From Candidatus Levyibacteriota bacterium (GTDB lineage Bacteria; Patescibacteriota; Microgenomatia; Levybacterales; UBA12049): 64,000 bases of DNA. The notes beneath the pieces were generated by a model. The model worked only from the letters and a program-made list of their open reading frames with translations, searched no databases and was not told the DNA's origin. Positions 8,517 to 19,455 of this stretch are shown in pieces (the stretch's first letter is position 1; the number at the start of each line of letters is the position of its first letter). Both the position numbers and the translations under genes were made by a program. The stretch lies in NCBI GenBank assembly GCA_049519175.1, contig JBEKQZ010000001.1, forward strand, positions 224,043 to 288,042, written 5' to 3'.

Positions 8517-10783
8517 ATAAAGTAAAAATATTATTGATAGTTTGTCTTTTCCTATTGCCTTTATTTTTTTTCAAAGCGTCATTTTTGCAAGGTAGGCTGC
8601 CAATTCCCGCAGACACAATTGTCGGACTTTATTACCCTTTTCGGGATTTATATTTCAAAACAAATCCGAACGGTATTGCTTACAAAAATTTTTTGATTAC
8701 CGACCCGGTCCGGCAACAATATCCTTGGAAAAGTTTAGCAACAGGTCTAGAAAAACAATTCAATTTGCCGCTTTGGAATCCTTACAATTTTGCCGGCACG
8801 CCACTACTGGCTAACTTTCAGTCCGGTGCCTTTTATCCGCTTAATTTACTTTTTGCTATTTTGCCTTTTTCTTTTGCCTGGAGCTTACTTATCTTTTTGC
8901 AGCCACTTTTAGCCGGTATTTTTTTATTCTTTTATTTATTAAATCTAAAACTTAATAAAGCCGCCAGTTTTTTGGGAGCGCTTACTTTTTCTTTTTGCGG
9001 ATTTTCGATTGCCTGGCTGGAATGGGGAACAATTTTAAACACAGCGCTCTGGCTACCTTTAATTTTATTGGCGATAGATAAAATCGTTCAAAATTCAGAA
9101 GTCAAAATTCAGAAGTCAAAATTAGCTTGGTATTTTATTTTAGTCTTTGCGTTTATTTCTGCTTTTTTCGCCGGGCATCTGCAAACATTCTTCTATTTGT
9201 CGGTTTTTGCTGCTTTATATTTTCTTGTTCGTTGGTTCCAATGTGGAAGAAAAATAAAAATGCTTGGTAGCTTTTTTGTTTGTTTTTGCCTATTCTTTAT
9301 TTTGATTTTGCCCCAGCTTTTGCCGACTTTGCAATTTATCGCTCTTTCGGCCAGAAACGTCGATCTTGTCGGTTGGAAACAAGCCGGTTGGTTCATTCCT
9401 TGGCAGAATTTAATTCAATTTATCGCTCCGGATTTCTTTGGTAACCCGGCAACGCTTAATTATTATGGCATCTGGAATTATGGTGAATTTATCGGCTACA
9501 TCGGCATTGTGCCCCTGATTATGGCGTTGTTTGCGCTTTTTTTCAGACGGGATAAAAAAACTTTTCTTTTTGGAACAGCATTTTTCCTGTCGTTAATTTT
9601 TGCTCTGCCGACAATTTTCGCCAAAATTCCCTTTAAATTTGATTTACCATTTCTTTCAACCGCCCAACCAACACGACTATTATTCATTACGGATTTTTCC
9701 TTAAGCGTTTTAGCCGCTTTCGGATTAGACCGTTTTATCAATGCCCAAAATAAAAAGCCCATCATTATTATTCTGGGACTTTTCGGCATAATCTTTGTTG
9801 GACTTTGGTCTTTTGTCTTAATTTTCCATGGTCAGCTTTTGTTGGCAAAAGATTTGGCCGTAGCTAAGCAAAATTTAATTTTTCCGACAATACTATTTAT
9901 AGTAGCCTCACTTATCTTATTCATTGTAATTTTAAGTTCACGTAAAAAACTAATGCTAACATTAGTGGGTTTACTAATTTTAATTACGGTTGTTGACCTT
10001 TTTCGGTTTGGTTGGAAGTTTGAGCCTTTCACGAGCGAGCAATATCTTTTTTCGTCAACTGCAATAACGTCATTTTTGCAAAACCAGCCGGGAATATTCC
10101 GGGTGATGGCGACCGACTCGGAGATTTTACCGCCAAACTTTTCCATTATGTATAAACTGCAGACGCTCGACGGTTACGACCCATTATATCTACAGCGGTT
10201 CGGAGAGTTAATGGCGGCATCAGCCAGGGGAGAACCAAATATTAATCCGCCATTTGGTTTCAACCGAATTATCACACCGCAGGATCCCTTGTCCAGAACA
10301 ACGGATTTGTCGGGAGTTAAATACGTTTTAAGTTTGGAAGATATTAGAAACTCCAAGCTCAAAGAGGTTTTTACCGATGGGATTGTCAAAGTTTACGAAA
10401 ACGAAATGGCAATGCCTAGAGCGTTTTTTGTCAATACTACTTTTCTCGCCGATTCAAAACAACAAGCAATTAACGCCCTGTTTGATTTAAATTTCCCGCT
10501 TAATAAAAGGGCAGTTGTGGAGAATGTCCAAAACACAAAACTGTTTAAATCAAATTGGGATTTAGGAGACGCGCAAATCACAAGTTATAAGGACAATAAC
10601 GTTATCATTAAAACAAATAATCCTGGAGAAGGTTTTTTGGTTCTAACCGATAGCTTCTATCCAAATTGGCATGCGACAATCGACGGGCACGAGACCCAAA
10701 TTTATCTGACGGACTACAATTTTAGAGGTATAATTACTCCCAAGGGAAAACATACAATCGATTTTTACGATACACTATTTTAA
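8513..10783 (+). CDS. YfhO-like GT-C membrane glycosyltransferase (paralogue of 4811)
   Basis: DPVRQQYPW, PLWNPYNFAGTPLLANFQSG, LTDSFYPNWHATIDG. Confidence 0.8.
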   Translation: MNKVKILLIVCLFLLPLFFFKASFLQGRLPIPADTIVGLYYPFRDLYFKTNPNGIAYKNFLITDPVRQQYPWKSLATGLEKQFNLPLWNPYNFAGTPLLANFQSGAFYPLNLLFAILPFSFAWSLLIFLQPLLAGIFLFFYLLNLKLNKAASFLGALTFSFCGFSIAWLEWGTILNTALWLPLILLAIDKIVQNSEVKIQKSKLAWYFILVFAFISAFFAGHLQTFFYLSVFAALYFLVRWFQCGRKIKMLGSFFVCFCLFFILILPQLLPTLQFIALSARNVDLVGWKQAGWFIPWQNLIQFIAPDFFGNPATLNYYGIWNYGEFIGYIGIVPLIMALFALFFRRDKKTFLFGTAFFLSLIFALPTIFAKIPFKFDLPFLSTAQPTRLLFITDFSLSVLAAFGLDRFINAQNKKPIIIILGLFGIIFVGLWSFVLIFHGQLLLAKDLAVAKQNLIFPTILFIVASLILFIVILSSRKKLMLTLVGLLILITVVDLFRFGWKFEPFTSEQYLFSSTAITSFLQNQPGIFRVMATDSEILPPNFSIMYKLQTLDGYDPLYLQRFGELMAASARGEPNINPPFGFNRIITPQDPLSRTTDLSGVKYVLSLEDIRNSKLKEVFTDGIVKVYENEMAMPRAFFVNTTFLADSKQQAINALFDLNFPLNKRAVVENVQNTKLFKSNWDLGDAQITSYKDNNVIIKTNNPGEGFLVLTDSFYPNWHATIDGHETQIYLTDYNFRGIITPKGKHTIDFYDTLF
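9088..9122 (+). repeat. In-frame heptamer tandem repeat, (TCAAAAT TCAGAAG) x2.5
   Basis: Five 7-nt units read directly; encodes part of VQNSEVKIQKSKL. Confidence 0.8.
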
Positions 10784-10784
10784 T

Positions 10785-11717
10785 ATGGATATTAGCATTA
10801 TCATTCCAAATTACAACGGTGAACAGCTATTAAAAAAGAACTTGGAAAAAGTTTGCAAAGAACTTAGTTCTTACAAATCCGGGAAGACAGAAATATTAGT
10901 GGTTGATGACGGGTCTTCGGACCAAAGCGTCGCTTTTTTAAATGAATTTTCAAAAACTCACCAAAATTGCAAAGTTTTAGTTAATAGTAAGAATCTTGGT
11001 TTTGCGTCAACCGTTAACCGAGGCGTGGAGGCTTCGATTGGCGAAATAATTATTCTTTTAAACACGGATGTCTATCCGGAAGAAGGCTTTTTGGAACCTT
11101 TACTTAAACACTTTTCCGATGCAGAAATATTTGCCGTCGGCTGTTTAGACAGAAGTATTGAAAGCGGTAGAGTTGTTTTGCGCGGCCGGGGCTTAGGCGA
11201 ATGGAAAAGGGGATTTTTGGTGCATAGAAGGGGAGAAGTCGATAAGCAAAATACTCTGTGGGTTAGCGGCGGAAGCGGAGCATTTCGGAAAACGATTTGG
11301 GAAAAATTGGGAGGATTCAATAATCTTTATGCGCCGTTTTATTGGGAAGATATTGATTTATCCTATCGGGCTTTAAAGTCAGGATACAAAATTTTATTTG
11401 AGCCGAAAAGCGTAGTTGTACACGAGCACGAAAAGGGCGCAATTAAAAGTAAGTATTCAGAGTTCAAAATAAAAACAATTGCTTATCGGAATCAATTTAT
11501 TTTTGTTTGGGAGAATGTGACGGATTTTCCCTTGCGGATTACTCACATTATTTGGTTGCCTTATCATTTTGCAAAAGCGATTATAAATTCCGACTGGGCT
11601 CTTTATCTAGGTTTTTTTGAGGCTTTTATTCTTCTGCCAAAAATAATAAAATCTAGACTTAGTTATGAGAAGCTCTTTGCTAAAAAAGACAAAGAAATTC
11701 TTAAAGACTACACATAA
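10785..11717 (+). CDS. GT2 glycosyltransferase
   Basis: IIIPNYNG, VVDDGSSD, NLGFASTVNRG, LLNTDV, YWEDIDLSYR. Confidence 0.9.
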   Translation: MDISIIIPNYNGEQLLKKNLEKVCKELSSYKSGKTEILVVDDGSSDQSVAFLNEFSKTHQNCKVLVNSKNLGFASTVNRGVEASIGEIIILLNTDVYPEEGFLEPLLKHFSDAEIFAVGCLDRSIESGRVVLRGRGLGEWKRGFLVHRRGEVDKQNTLWVSGGSGAFRKTIWEKLGGFNNLYAPFYWEDIDLSYRALKSGYKILFEPKSVVVHEHEKGAIKSKYSEFKIKTIAYRNQFIFVWENVTDFPLRITHIIWLPYHFAKAIINSDWALYLGFFEAFILLPKIIKSRLSYEKLFAKKDKEILKDYT

Positions 11718-12418
11718 TGAAGTTATCTATAATAGTACCTGTATTTAACGAAGAGAAAACCATTCTTCAAATCTTAGAAAAATTGGATAATGCTGGTATT
11801 CCAGTGCAGTACGAAATTATTGTCGTTGACGATGGGTCGACTGACACGACGAGAACAAAATTAAAAAATATCAAAGGTGCTAAAGTTATCCTACACAAAA
11901 AAAATCAAGGGAAAGGCGCTGCGGTAAAGACGGGTATAAAAAATGCAAAAGGGGATTATATTTTAATTCAGGATGCGGATTTGGAATACAATCCCAATCA
12001 AATAAAAGACTTATTAAAACCAATTCTAGCCAAAACTGCAAAAGTCGTTTATGGAACAAGACTAAATAGAACGCCTCATCTTAGAAAAGAAGAAGCGAAG
12101 CACTTTTTTATTATTCATTATTTTGGCAATAGATTTTTAAGTTTGGTAACCAGTTTTCTCTACGGACAATGGCTAACCGATATGGAAACCTGCTATAAAT
12201 TGTTTCCCAAAATCGCGCTTAATTCCATTAAGCTTAATGCCAAAGGTTTTGAATTTGAACCGGAAATAACTTCTAAATTGTTAAAGCGGGGATATAAGAT
12301 AAAAGAAGTTTCCATTGTTGCTACTCCTAGGGGATACGATGAAGGTAAAAAATTAAATACAGTCAGAGATGGTACAAAAGCCCTGTGGTATTTAATTAAA
12401 TACAGGTTTACAGATTAA
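11717..12418 (+). CDS. GT2, Dpm1/polyprenol-phosphate sugar synthase-like
   Basis: VPVFNEE, NQGKGAAV, IQDADLEY, TDMETCYK, FEFEPEIT, EGKK. Confidence 0.9.
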   Translation: MKLSIIVPVFNEEKTILQILEKLDNAGIPVQYEIIVVDDGSTDTTRTKLKNIKGAKVILHKKNQGKGAAVKTGIKNAKGDYILIQDADLEYNPNQIKDLLKPILAKTAKVVYGTRLNRTPHLRKEEAKHFFIIHYFGNRFLSLVTSFLYGQWLTDMETCYKLFPKIALNSIKLNAKGFEFEPEITSKLLKRGYKIKEVSIVATPRGYDEGKKLNTVRDGTKALWYLIKYRFTD

Positions 12419-13011
12419 TGAATATGAACGTAACAAGAGGATATGGACTCCTTGAGGCATTCTTAGCAAAAAAAAGAGCAAAATTGGCAAACAAGTTCAT
12501 AACAGAAGGTTATAGAAGCGGCAGAATACTGGATATAGGTTGTGGTACTTATCCATACTTTTTGGAAACGACTAAGTTTAAAGAAAAATATGGAATTGAT
12601 CCGGTTCTTAATCTGAAAGCAGTTGGAGAGAAAAGCCTTAAGCTAAGCAAAGTTGCGATCGGAAACAAGAAGTTACCCTTTGAAGATAATTTTTTTAATG
12701 TTGTGACGATGCTGGCGGTTTTCGAACATATAGAAAATAATGATCTTGAGCCGATACTAAAAGAGGCTTATAGAATTCTGAAAAAAAATGGAATCTTTAT
12801 TATTACAACACCGGCGTCTTGGTCGGATAAACTGCTTCATTTTATGGCAAGGACAGGGTTAATAAGCGCGGAAGAAATACATGAACACAAACATAATCAT
12901 CGAAGAGAACGAATAGAAGATATAATAGCGAGTGGAGGATTTAATAAGAACAATATTAGAAGTGGGTTTTTTGAGCTAGGTATGAATATGTGGTTTACGG
13001 CAAAAAAATGA
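12418..13011 (+). CDS. Class I SAM-dependent methyltransferase
   Basis: ILDIGCG motif I, LPFEDNFFNVV, AVFEHI, RILKKNG. Confidence 0.88.
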   Translation: MNMNVTRGYGLLEAFLAKKRAKLANKFITEGYRSGRILDIGCGTYPYFLETTKFKEKYGIDPVLNLKAVGEKSLKLSKVAIGNKKLPFEDNFFNVVTMLAVFEHIENNDLEPILKEAYRILKKNGIFIITTPASWSDKLLHFMARTGLISAEEIHEHKHNHRRERIEDIIASGGFNKNNIRSGFFELGMNMWFTAKK

Positions 13012-14483
13012 TTAGAAAAATTTTTGGCAAAAGATTTGAGATTTCATTAAGCTTAGTTATTCTACTCGCTGTGATTTTAAGGTTTGTGAACTATTCTAAC
13101 AGATGGGGATTAGCTTATGATCAGGCGCGTGACGTTATTGTTTCCACTTATGCCTTAAGTCATCATTTAATCCCATTAACAGGACCTTTCTCTTCGGCGG
13201 GTCAATTCGTGTATGGTCCTCAGTGGGTTTGGATAGTTTCTGCTTTTGTTGCCGTATTTCCTGGCGCAATCATGACGCCTTGGATAATCCAGACATTACT
13301 GTATGTCTTAATGGTGCTAGTAATGTTTCTAATAGGTAAAGAGATTTTTGGGAGGAATTTCGGTTTGCTAACAGCCTTTTTTACTGCTATTTCTACAGCC
13401 CAACTTGGACAATCTACAAATCTTATATCCCCTTCTATGGCAGGCATTTTTTCAATTATTGCAGTCTATTTTTTTATAAGGTATATAAAATATTCAAAAA
13501 ATCTTGATGCTTTCTTGCTGGGCTTTTTAGTTTCTAATACTATTAATATACATTTTCAAGCGATTGGTTTAATATTTTTGCTTCCAGTAGGATTTTTAAT
13601 TAGCAAAAGAAAATTTAAAAGTTTATTATTTCTAGGGATTGGAGCATTTATCCCATTTATACCACTGGTCATTTTTGATCTACAAAATAAGTTTTTTGAA
13701 AGCAGAAATATATTGGATTACTATCTTTATGGTCAAAATAGATTATACACCCCAAATAGATGGTTAACCTATGCCGGTGTTTTTTGGCCAAAAGCTTGGT
13801 CTGGAATAATTGGCGGGCAAATAATACTTGGATATTTCTTTGCAATAATATTCTTCGTGTTTACTCTTTGGGGAATCGTAAAGAGGAAGCTGGACAAGAA
13901 TATGTTAGGCCTTATTGCAGCGTTTTCATTGATTTTTATAATGCTCCGGTATTATAAAGGGGTAATTTTTGACGGATACATAGTCTTTCTTCATCCATTT
14001 GTATTGGTTTTTTCCGCTTGGGTAGCCTATAAAATTTTCAAATTCAATAAGTTCGCCGCTCTACTGTTAATTGTTATTGTCTTTGTCTTAACAATGCAGG
14101 CAAACATCAGAGAAATATCGGTCGCGACCAATAATACAGCGAAAGAAGCTACAATCTTAAGGAATCAATTGATTAAAAAGTTTCCAAGCGAAAAATTTTC
14201 CGTATACGATTACAAATTTTCTCAGGTTAACAGGTCTTATCCATTTGTAATGTATATGAACAAGGATAATAAGATTGATGATAGTGGAATGAAAATAGGA
14301 CTAGCAAATTTTAATAGTAACGACAAAATGCGAAAAGATTTACCGATAATAATAAATGATAAATTGGGATTTCAAATTTATGATTTAAGTTCTTCGTCGA
14401 GCGCGACGCTTCTTAAGGATAAATGGATTTTTGTCAATCCAAGTGAAATTTATAAAACATCTGAGCAGTGGTATAAAGAATAG
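13008..14483 (+). CDS. GT-C (ArnT/PMT-like) membrane glycosyltransferase
   Basis: ATG 13008 overlaps the previous stop (ATGA); ILRF..LAYDQARD...PLTGPFSS..YGP; polytopic. Confidence 0.75.
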   Translation: MIRKIFGKRFEISLSLVILLAVILRFVNYSNRWGLAYDQARDVIVSTYALSHHLIPLTGPFSSAGQFVYGPQWVWIVSAFVAVFPGAIMTPWIIQTLLYVLMVLVMFLIGKEIFGRNFGLLTAFFTAISTAQLGQSTNLISPSMAGIFSIIAVYFFIRYIKYSKNLDAFLLGFLVSNTINIHFQAIGLIFLLPVGFLISKRKFKSLLFLGIGAFIPFIPLVIFDLQNKFFESRNILDYYLYGQNRLYTPNRWLTYAGVFWPKAWSGIIGGQIILGYFFAIIFFVFTLWGIVKRKLDKNMLGLIAAFSLIFIMLRYYKGVIFDGYIVFLHPFVLVFSAWVAYKIFKFNKFAALLLIVIVFVLTMQANIREISVATNNTAKEATILRNQLIKKFPSEKFSVYDYKFSQVNRSYPFVMYMNKDNKIDDSGMKIGLANFNSNDKMRKDLPIIINDKLGFQIYDLSSSSSATLLKDKWIFVNPSEIYKTSEQWYKE

Positions 14484-16189
14484 ATGAAGAAGTTTTTTAA
14501 TTGGAAAGTAGCATTACTGGCAATTATTATTTTAGCTGCGGTTCTTCGATTGTGGCAGCTAGGAAATATTCCTTCTGGACTGACAAACGATGAGGCCGGC
14601 GTAGGTTGGGATGCGTATTCAATCCTTCACACTGGTAAAGACCAGTGGAATCAATTCTTGCCTTTGCACTTTATGGCTTTTGGTGACTATCCGGCTCCCC
14701 TACTTAGATATATAACGGTTCCATCGATTTTTATTTTCGGACTAAACGCTTTTGCGACCAGATTCCCTTCCGCCTTATTTGGATTATTTGCTGTGGGAGT
14801 AATGTTTTTAATGAGAAAGTGGGAATTCTAAGTGCGCTTTTATTGGCTATTTCTCCTTGGGCGATAGGACTAAGCAGAGTAACAATCGAGCCAAATGTAG
14901 CGATGTGCCTGTTTATATTGGGCTTATTACTTTACTTTGCAGCGCTTAAGAAAATTAAATTCCTCTACCTAAGCGCTTTGATTTTTGCGTTAGTTTTATA
15001 TACGTATTCAGCTTACGTTCTTTTTCTTCCCCTAGTTGCTTTGGCCCTTTTAATTTGGAACCACAAGCACGTGCGGGAAAATCCTAAAGTTTATATAATC
15101 GCCGCTTTACTATTTGTCGTAATTTTAATTCCTAATTTTTTAACGAAAAACACAACGGCATCGGTTCGATTCTCTCAAGTTGGTATAACTACGAATATAA
15201 ATAGTATCGGATTAATAAATACTCTAAATGACCAAAGGGGTGCTTGTCAAACATCTTATAATCAAATTATTTGTAAAATTGTTGATAATAAAATTGTTTT
15301 ATTTACTTCGTCTTTTGTAAAAAATTATACAGCCCATTTTAATATCAATTTTCTTTACAATAACGGAACTTCAACCCAATTTTCAATTCTCCCGGAAAGA
15401 GGATTGGAATACGTTTTTGAACTCGCCTTTTTCATTCTTGGATTAGTTAGAATAGTAAGATATAAAGACAGAAAAGGATATTTACTCATTTTATTATTGT
15501 TGCTGTCGCCCATACCGGATTCTTTAACGGGAGATGGTCATTACGGAAGGGCTTCATTGATACTTCCGTTCATACTACTTATCGAAGGTTTAGGCTTATT
15601 TAGTTTGTCGGAAATTGTTTCGAGAATAAGTCTCTCTTATGTTAGAAAAGCTTTTTATCTTTTATTAGGTTTAGTAATGTTTTCGGCTGTATTTGCTTTC
15701 TGGATTAACTACACGACTTATTTTAAAAACTACTATTCCATTTATTCCCAATATGGCTATGAGAATTTGATGAAGCAAGTTTATTCCTATCGCAATAATT
15801 ACGACAGAATTTATATTTCAAGACATCTTAACGATACAAAGCAATATGTCTACTATCTTTTTTATAGTCAATATGACCCTCGAAAATTCCAGAATAAAAT
15901 TGACGTTTCCTACAGCCAGTCTTCCGACGGTTGGATATCAATAAATAAAATAGAAAATATATATTTTGTTCAGAATCCTCCTGTAATTCCGGATGATTCA
16001 ACTCTTGCTAAAGAAAAAATTCTCATAATTTCTAACCCGGTTGATTTTCCGAAATCAGTAAAACCCGTTTTTACCATCAAAGATAAATTAGGGAATATTC
16101 TATTTAAAGCCATAAATCTTTCCGATTTGATAAGATATAATCTGGAGCATAAAGAATTAATTCTTAAAGAAAATGGTCAAGCTAATTAA
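14484..16189 (+). pseudogene. Frameshifted GT-C (ArnT/PMT-like), split into ORFs 14484-14831 and 14819-16189
   Basis: The two ORFs match the N- and C-terminal parts of paralogues 16173 and 17806; frame changes near 14805-14810. Confidence 0.75.
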
Positions 16190-17801
16190 TTATAAGTTTC
16201 TACTACTTTTAATAATACTCATAGGTGGATTTTTGCGATTTTATCAACTTGGGACAAATCCGCCTTCTTTGACTTGGGATGAGGCTGCTTGGGGATATAA
16301 TGCTTATTCAATTGGGATTGACGGCAAAGATGAATTTGGCCGGTTTTTGCCACACGATTATCTTGAATCCTTCGGTGATTTCAAACCGCCGATGTACGCT
16401 TATTTAGATGTTATTCCTGTCAAGTTGTTGGGCTTAAATGAATTTTCGACCCGTGTTCCTTCCGCCTTCTTTGGAGTCTTAACGGTTTTATTAACTTACT
16501 TTTTAGTACAAAGAATATTTTGGAACTCAAGTAATAAGAAAAAATATGCGCTTGCCACAGCCTTCATCTTGGCGATTTCTCCTTGGCATATCATGTTGTC
16601 GCGGGCGGCTTTCGAAGCCAATGTAGCGACCTTTTTTCTTGTCCTAGGAGTTTGGGGATTCTTGGCGGCTACCCAAGACAAAAAATGGTATCTTTTAATC
16701 TCTGCGATATCATTTGCTTTTTCGATGTACACCTTTAATACGGCTAGAGTCGTTGCGCCACTCTTAGTAATCCTACTGGCGTTTGCATTCAGAAAAAAAC
16801 TTTTCCAGATAAAAAAAGAAGTGTTGATAGCGTTTATTATCGGTCTGGCTGTTTTTCTGCCGACTTTCCGGTTTCTATTAACCCCTCAGGCGGATTTAAG
16901 ATTTCAGGAAGTAAATATTTTTAGCGATATAACAGTTGTTAAAACCGCAAATCAGGAAATTGCTAACGATGGAAATGCTTTTTGGTCAAAAATAATCCAT
17001 AACCGAAGGTTTTTATATTCTATTGATTACGTCAAGCATTATTTTGATAATTTATCACCAAACTTTCTATTTATTACGGGTGACGGAAATCCTAAATTTT
17101 CAATTCAAAGCGTTGGACAAATGTATCTTTGGGATATCCCGTTTGTCGTAATCGGAATCTTATTTTTACTTAGGAAGAAAGAAGGAAATTGGTGGCTAGT
17201 GCCATTGTGGCTTTTAATTGGTATCATTCCCGCCGCAACCGCTGAGCAGACTCCGCACGCTTTAAGAATTGAGGCATCACTTCCTATGTTTCAAGTAATC
17301 AGCGCTTACGGTTTTGTTATATTTTTATCAACAATTAAACGTTTTAGAAATATAATAGCGGCTGTTTTAATTGGACTGCTGGTGATAAATCTCGCTTATT
17401 TTTGTCATGATTATTTTGCTCATTATCCCGCTGAGTTCTCGGGAGAATGGCAGTATGGATACAAGCAATCGATTGCTTATGTCAGCTCGGTAGAAAATAA
17501 TTACGCTAGTATCCAAGTTACAACAGCCTTAGGCAGACCGTATATTTATTATCTTTTTTATACAAAAGTTAATCCCGCTTCTTTTAGACAGACTGCGAAA
17601 ATACAAAGGGACGCATTTGGTTTTGTTACAGTAGAAAGCTTTGGGAAATATTCTTTTCCGGCCAGTTTTGATTACACGTTAAGTAAAAAAGAAAAAGTGC
17701 TTTATATTGGCTCAGCCGGCAGTACTCCCAGGGGAGCGAAAATTCTTAAAACATTTGATTTATTAAACGGAGAGCCTATTTTGGTTGCTTACACAATTTA
17801 A
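16173..17801 (+). CDS. GT-C (ArnT/PMT-like) membrane glycosyltransferase
   Basis: LRFYQLGTNPPSLTWDEAAWGYNAYSI, FGDFKPP, LAISPWH..LSR..FEAN. Confidence 0.82.
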   Translation: MVKLINYKFLLLLIILIGGFLRFYQLGTNPPSLTWDEAAWGYNAYSIGIDGKDEFGRFLPHDYLESFGDFKPPMYAYLDVIPVKLLGLNEFSTRVPSAFFGVLTVLLTYFLVQRIFWNSSNKKKYALATAFILAISPWHIMLSRAAFEANVATFFLVLGVWGFLAATQDKKWYLLISAISFAFSMYTFNTARVVAPLLVILLAFAFRKKLFQIKKEVLIAFIIGLAVFLPTFRFLLTPQADLRFQEVNIFSDITVVKTANQEIANDGNAFWSKIIHNRRFLYSIDYVKHYFDNLSPNFLFITGDGNPKFSIQSVGQMYLWDIPFVVIGILFLLRKKEGNWWLVPLWLLIGIIPAATAEQTPHALRIEASLPMFQVISAYGFVIFLSTIKRFRNIIAAVLIGLLVINLAYFCHDYFAHYPAEFSGEWQYGYKQSIAYVSSVENNYASIQVTTALGRPYIYYLFYTKVNPASFRQTAKIQRDAFGFVTVESFGKYSFPASFDYTLSKKEKVLYIGSAGSTPRGAKILKTFDLLNGEPILVAYTI

Positions 17802-17805
17802 TTTT

Positions 17806-19455
17806 ATGAATAAAAAATGGATTTGGATTATTTTAATTGGAATAATAATGCTGGCTGCGGGATTAAGATTGTGGCAGCTCGGCAACGTTCCACCATCGCC
17901 CGATTGGGACGAAGTTGCCCTAGGCTACGATGCCTATTCAATTATTCACACGGGGCGTGATGAATTCGCACAGTTTTTGCCCGTTGTTCTTCGTTCATTT
18001 GACGATTACAAGCCGGCTCTATATGCATATCTTTCCATTCCGACAGTATTAATATTTGGATTAGATGTTTTCGCGGTTAGGCTCCCATCAGCTATTTTTG
18101 GCATCATTTCCGTTTTCGCGGTTTTTTGTCTTGTTCAGGAATTGTTTAAGGAAAATAAATATAAAGATCACCTAGCGCTACTGGCGGCATTTCTTTTAGC
18201 AATTTCTCCATGGTCGCTGCAATTTTCCAGAGTCGGTTTTGAAGCAAATGTCGGGGACACTTTAAATCTTTTGGCCGCTCTGTTTTTCGTTAAAGGCGTA
18301 AATAGTAAGCGGTGGTTTCTATTTATTTCGGCTTTTTTTGCAGGATTAAGCATTTACGTTTATCAAAGCGAAAAAGTTTTTACGCCGTTATTTATACTTT
18401 TATTGGCAATTATTTATTGGAGAAAGCTGTTTGCAATTTCTAAAAAATATTTATTTATTGTTGTAGTCTTCGGATTAATCGTAGTTACACCAATGCTTTC
18501 CTACATAGTCACTAATCGAGCGGCGTTACTAAGAGTCACGGGGACAAGTATCTTTTCTTATCAAACCCAGCTTTTGCAAAACGATATTCAGAAATTACAA
18601 CAGGACACGGTAAATCATGATCAGCTCGGTTTAATTTTAGACAACCGAAGATTTATTTTTGCGTCAACAATAATTTCCGGTTATATTATTCATTTTGATC
18701 CAAACTGGCTTTTTGTAACGGGGGATATCTCAAGACATCATGCGCCAAACATGGGATTAATCTATCTTTTTGAAGTGCCGTTTATCTTATTTGGCATTTA
18801 TACGCTTTTATTCGGTGAGTTTGATAAAAAAACAAAGCTGGTTGTTTTTGGCTGGTTGCTACTGGCTCCTGTTCCGGCGTCTATTACCACCGGCGTTCCT
18901 CATGCAGTAAGAACTTTGAATTTTCTACCGACCTGGCAGATTCTTTCGGCGATCGGGATTTTGTTTGCTTTTATCTTCTTTAACAAATATAAAAAAACAA
19001 AATATATTTTCTATTTGATTTTTATAGTTGTTTTCGTCTTTAATTTCGCCTATTATCTGGACCAGTATTTTGTCCAGCAAAATTATTATAATTCTCAGGA
19101 TTGGCAATACGGTTATCAACAGGCGGTAGCGGAAGTAAAAGCAATCGGAGGAAGTTATCACCAAATTCTTGTTTCCGATACGGCACCGCTGGACAAATCA
19201 TATATGTTTTTTTTGTTCTATCTTCAATATCCGCCGCAAGAATATCAGATAGTAGGTAAAAATAGTTCTGGTGGTTTTACTTCTCATCACTCTTTCGGAA
19301 AATATATATTTCGAACAATTGATTGGAATAAAGATTCTCATTTGAAAAACACTCTGATCATTGGCAACCCTTCAGAAATTCCCAGCGGTGTCGGAGTCAT
19401 AAAAACGATATATGATCTAAATGGTAACCCGGCGATAAAAATAGTTGGAACATGA
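17806..19455 (+). CDS. GT-C (ArnT/PMT-like) membrane glycosyltransferase
   Basis: ATG 17806; LRLWQLGNVPPSPDWDEVALGYDAYSI, SFDDYKP, ISPWSLQFSRVGFEAN. Confidence 0.82.
   Translation: MNKKWIWIILIGIIMLAAGLRLWQLGNVPPSPDWDEVALGYDAYSIIHTGRDEFAQFLPVVLRSFDDYKPALYAYLSIPTVLIFGLDVFAVRLPSAIFGIISVFAVFCLVQELFKENKYKDHLALLAAFLLAISPWSLQFSRVGFEANVGDTLNLLAALFFVKGVNSKRWFLFISAFFAGLSIYVYQSEKVFTPLFILLLAIIYWRKLFAISKKYLFIVVVFGLIVVTPMLSYIVTNRAALLRVTGTSIFSYQTQLLQNDIQKLQQDTVNHDQLGLILDNRRFIFASTIISGYIIHFDPNWLFVTGDISRHHAPNMGLIYLFEVPFILFGIYTLLFGEFDKKTKLVVFGWLLLAPVPASITTGVPHAVRTLNFLPTWQILSAIGILFAFIFFNKYKKTKYIFYLIFIVVFVFNFAYYLDQYFVQQNYYNSQDWQYGYQQAVAEVKAIGGSYHQILVSDTAPLDKSYMFFLFYLQYPPQEYQIVGKNSSGGFTSHHSFGKYIFRTIDWNKDSHLKNTLIIGNPSEIPSGVGVIKTIYDLNGNPAIKIVGT

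Noticed and set aside
14802-14812. Programmed -1 ribosomal frameshift in the split GT-C
   Set aside because: G-TTT-TTA is not a canonical X-XXY-YYZ site, and the fused product would still be several residues shorter than the paralogues; a deletion explains it better.
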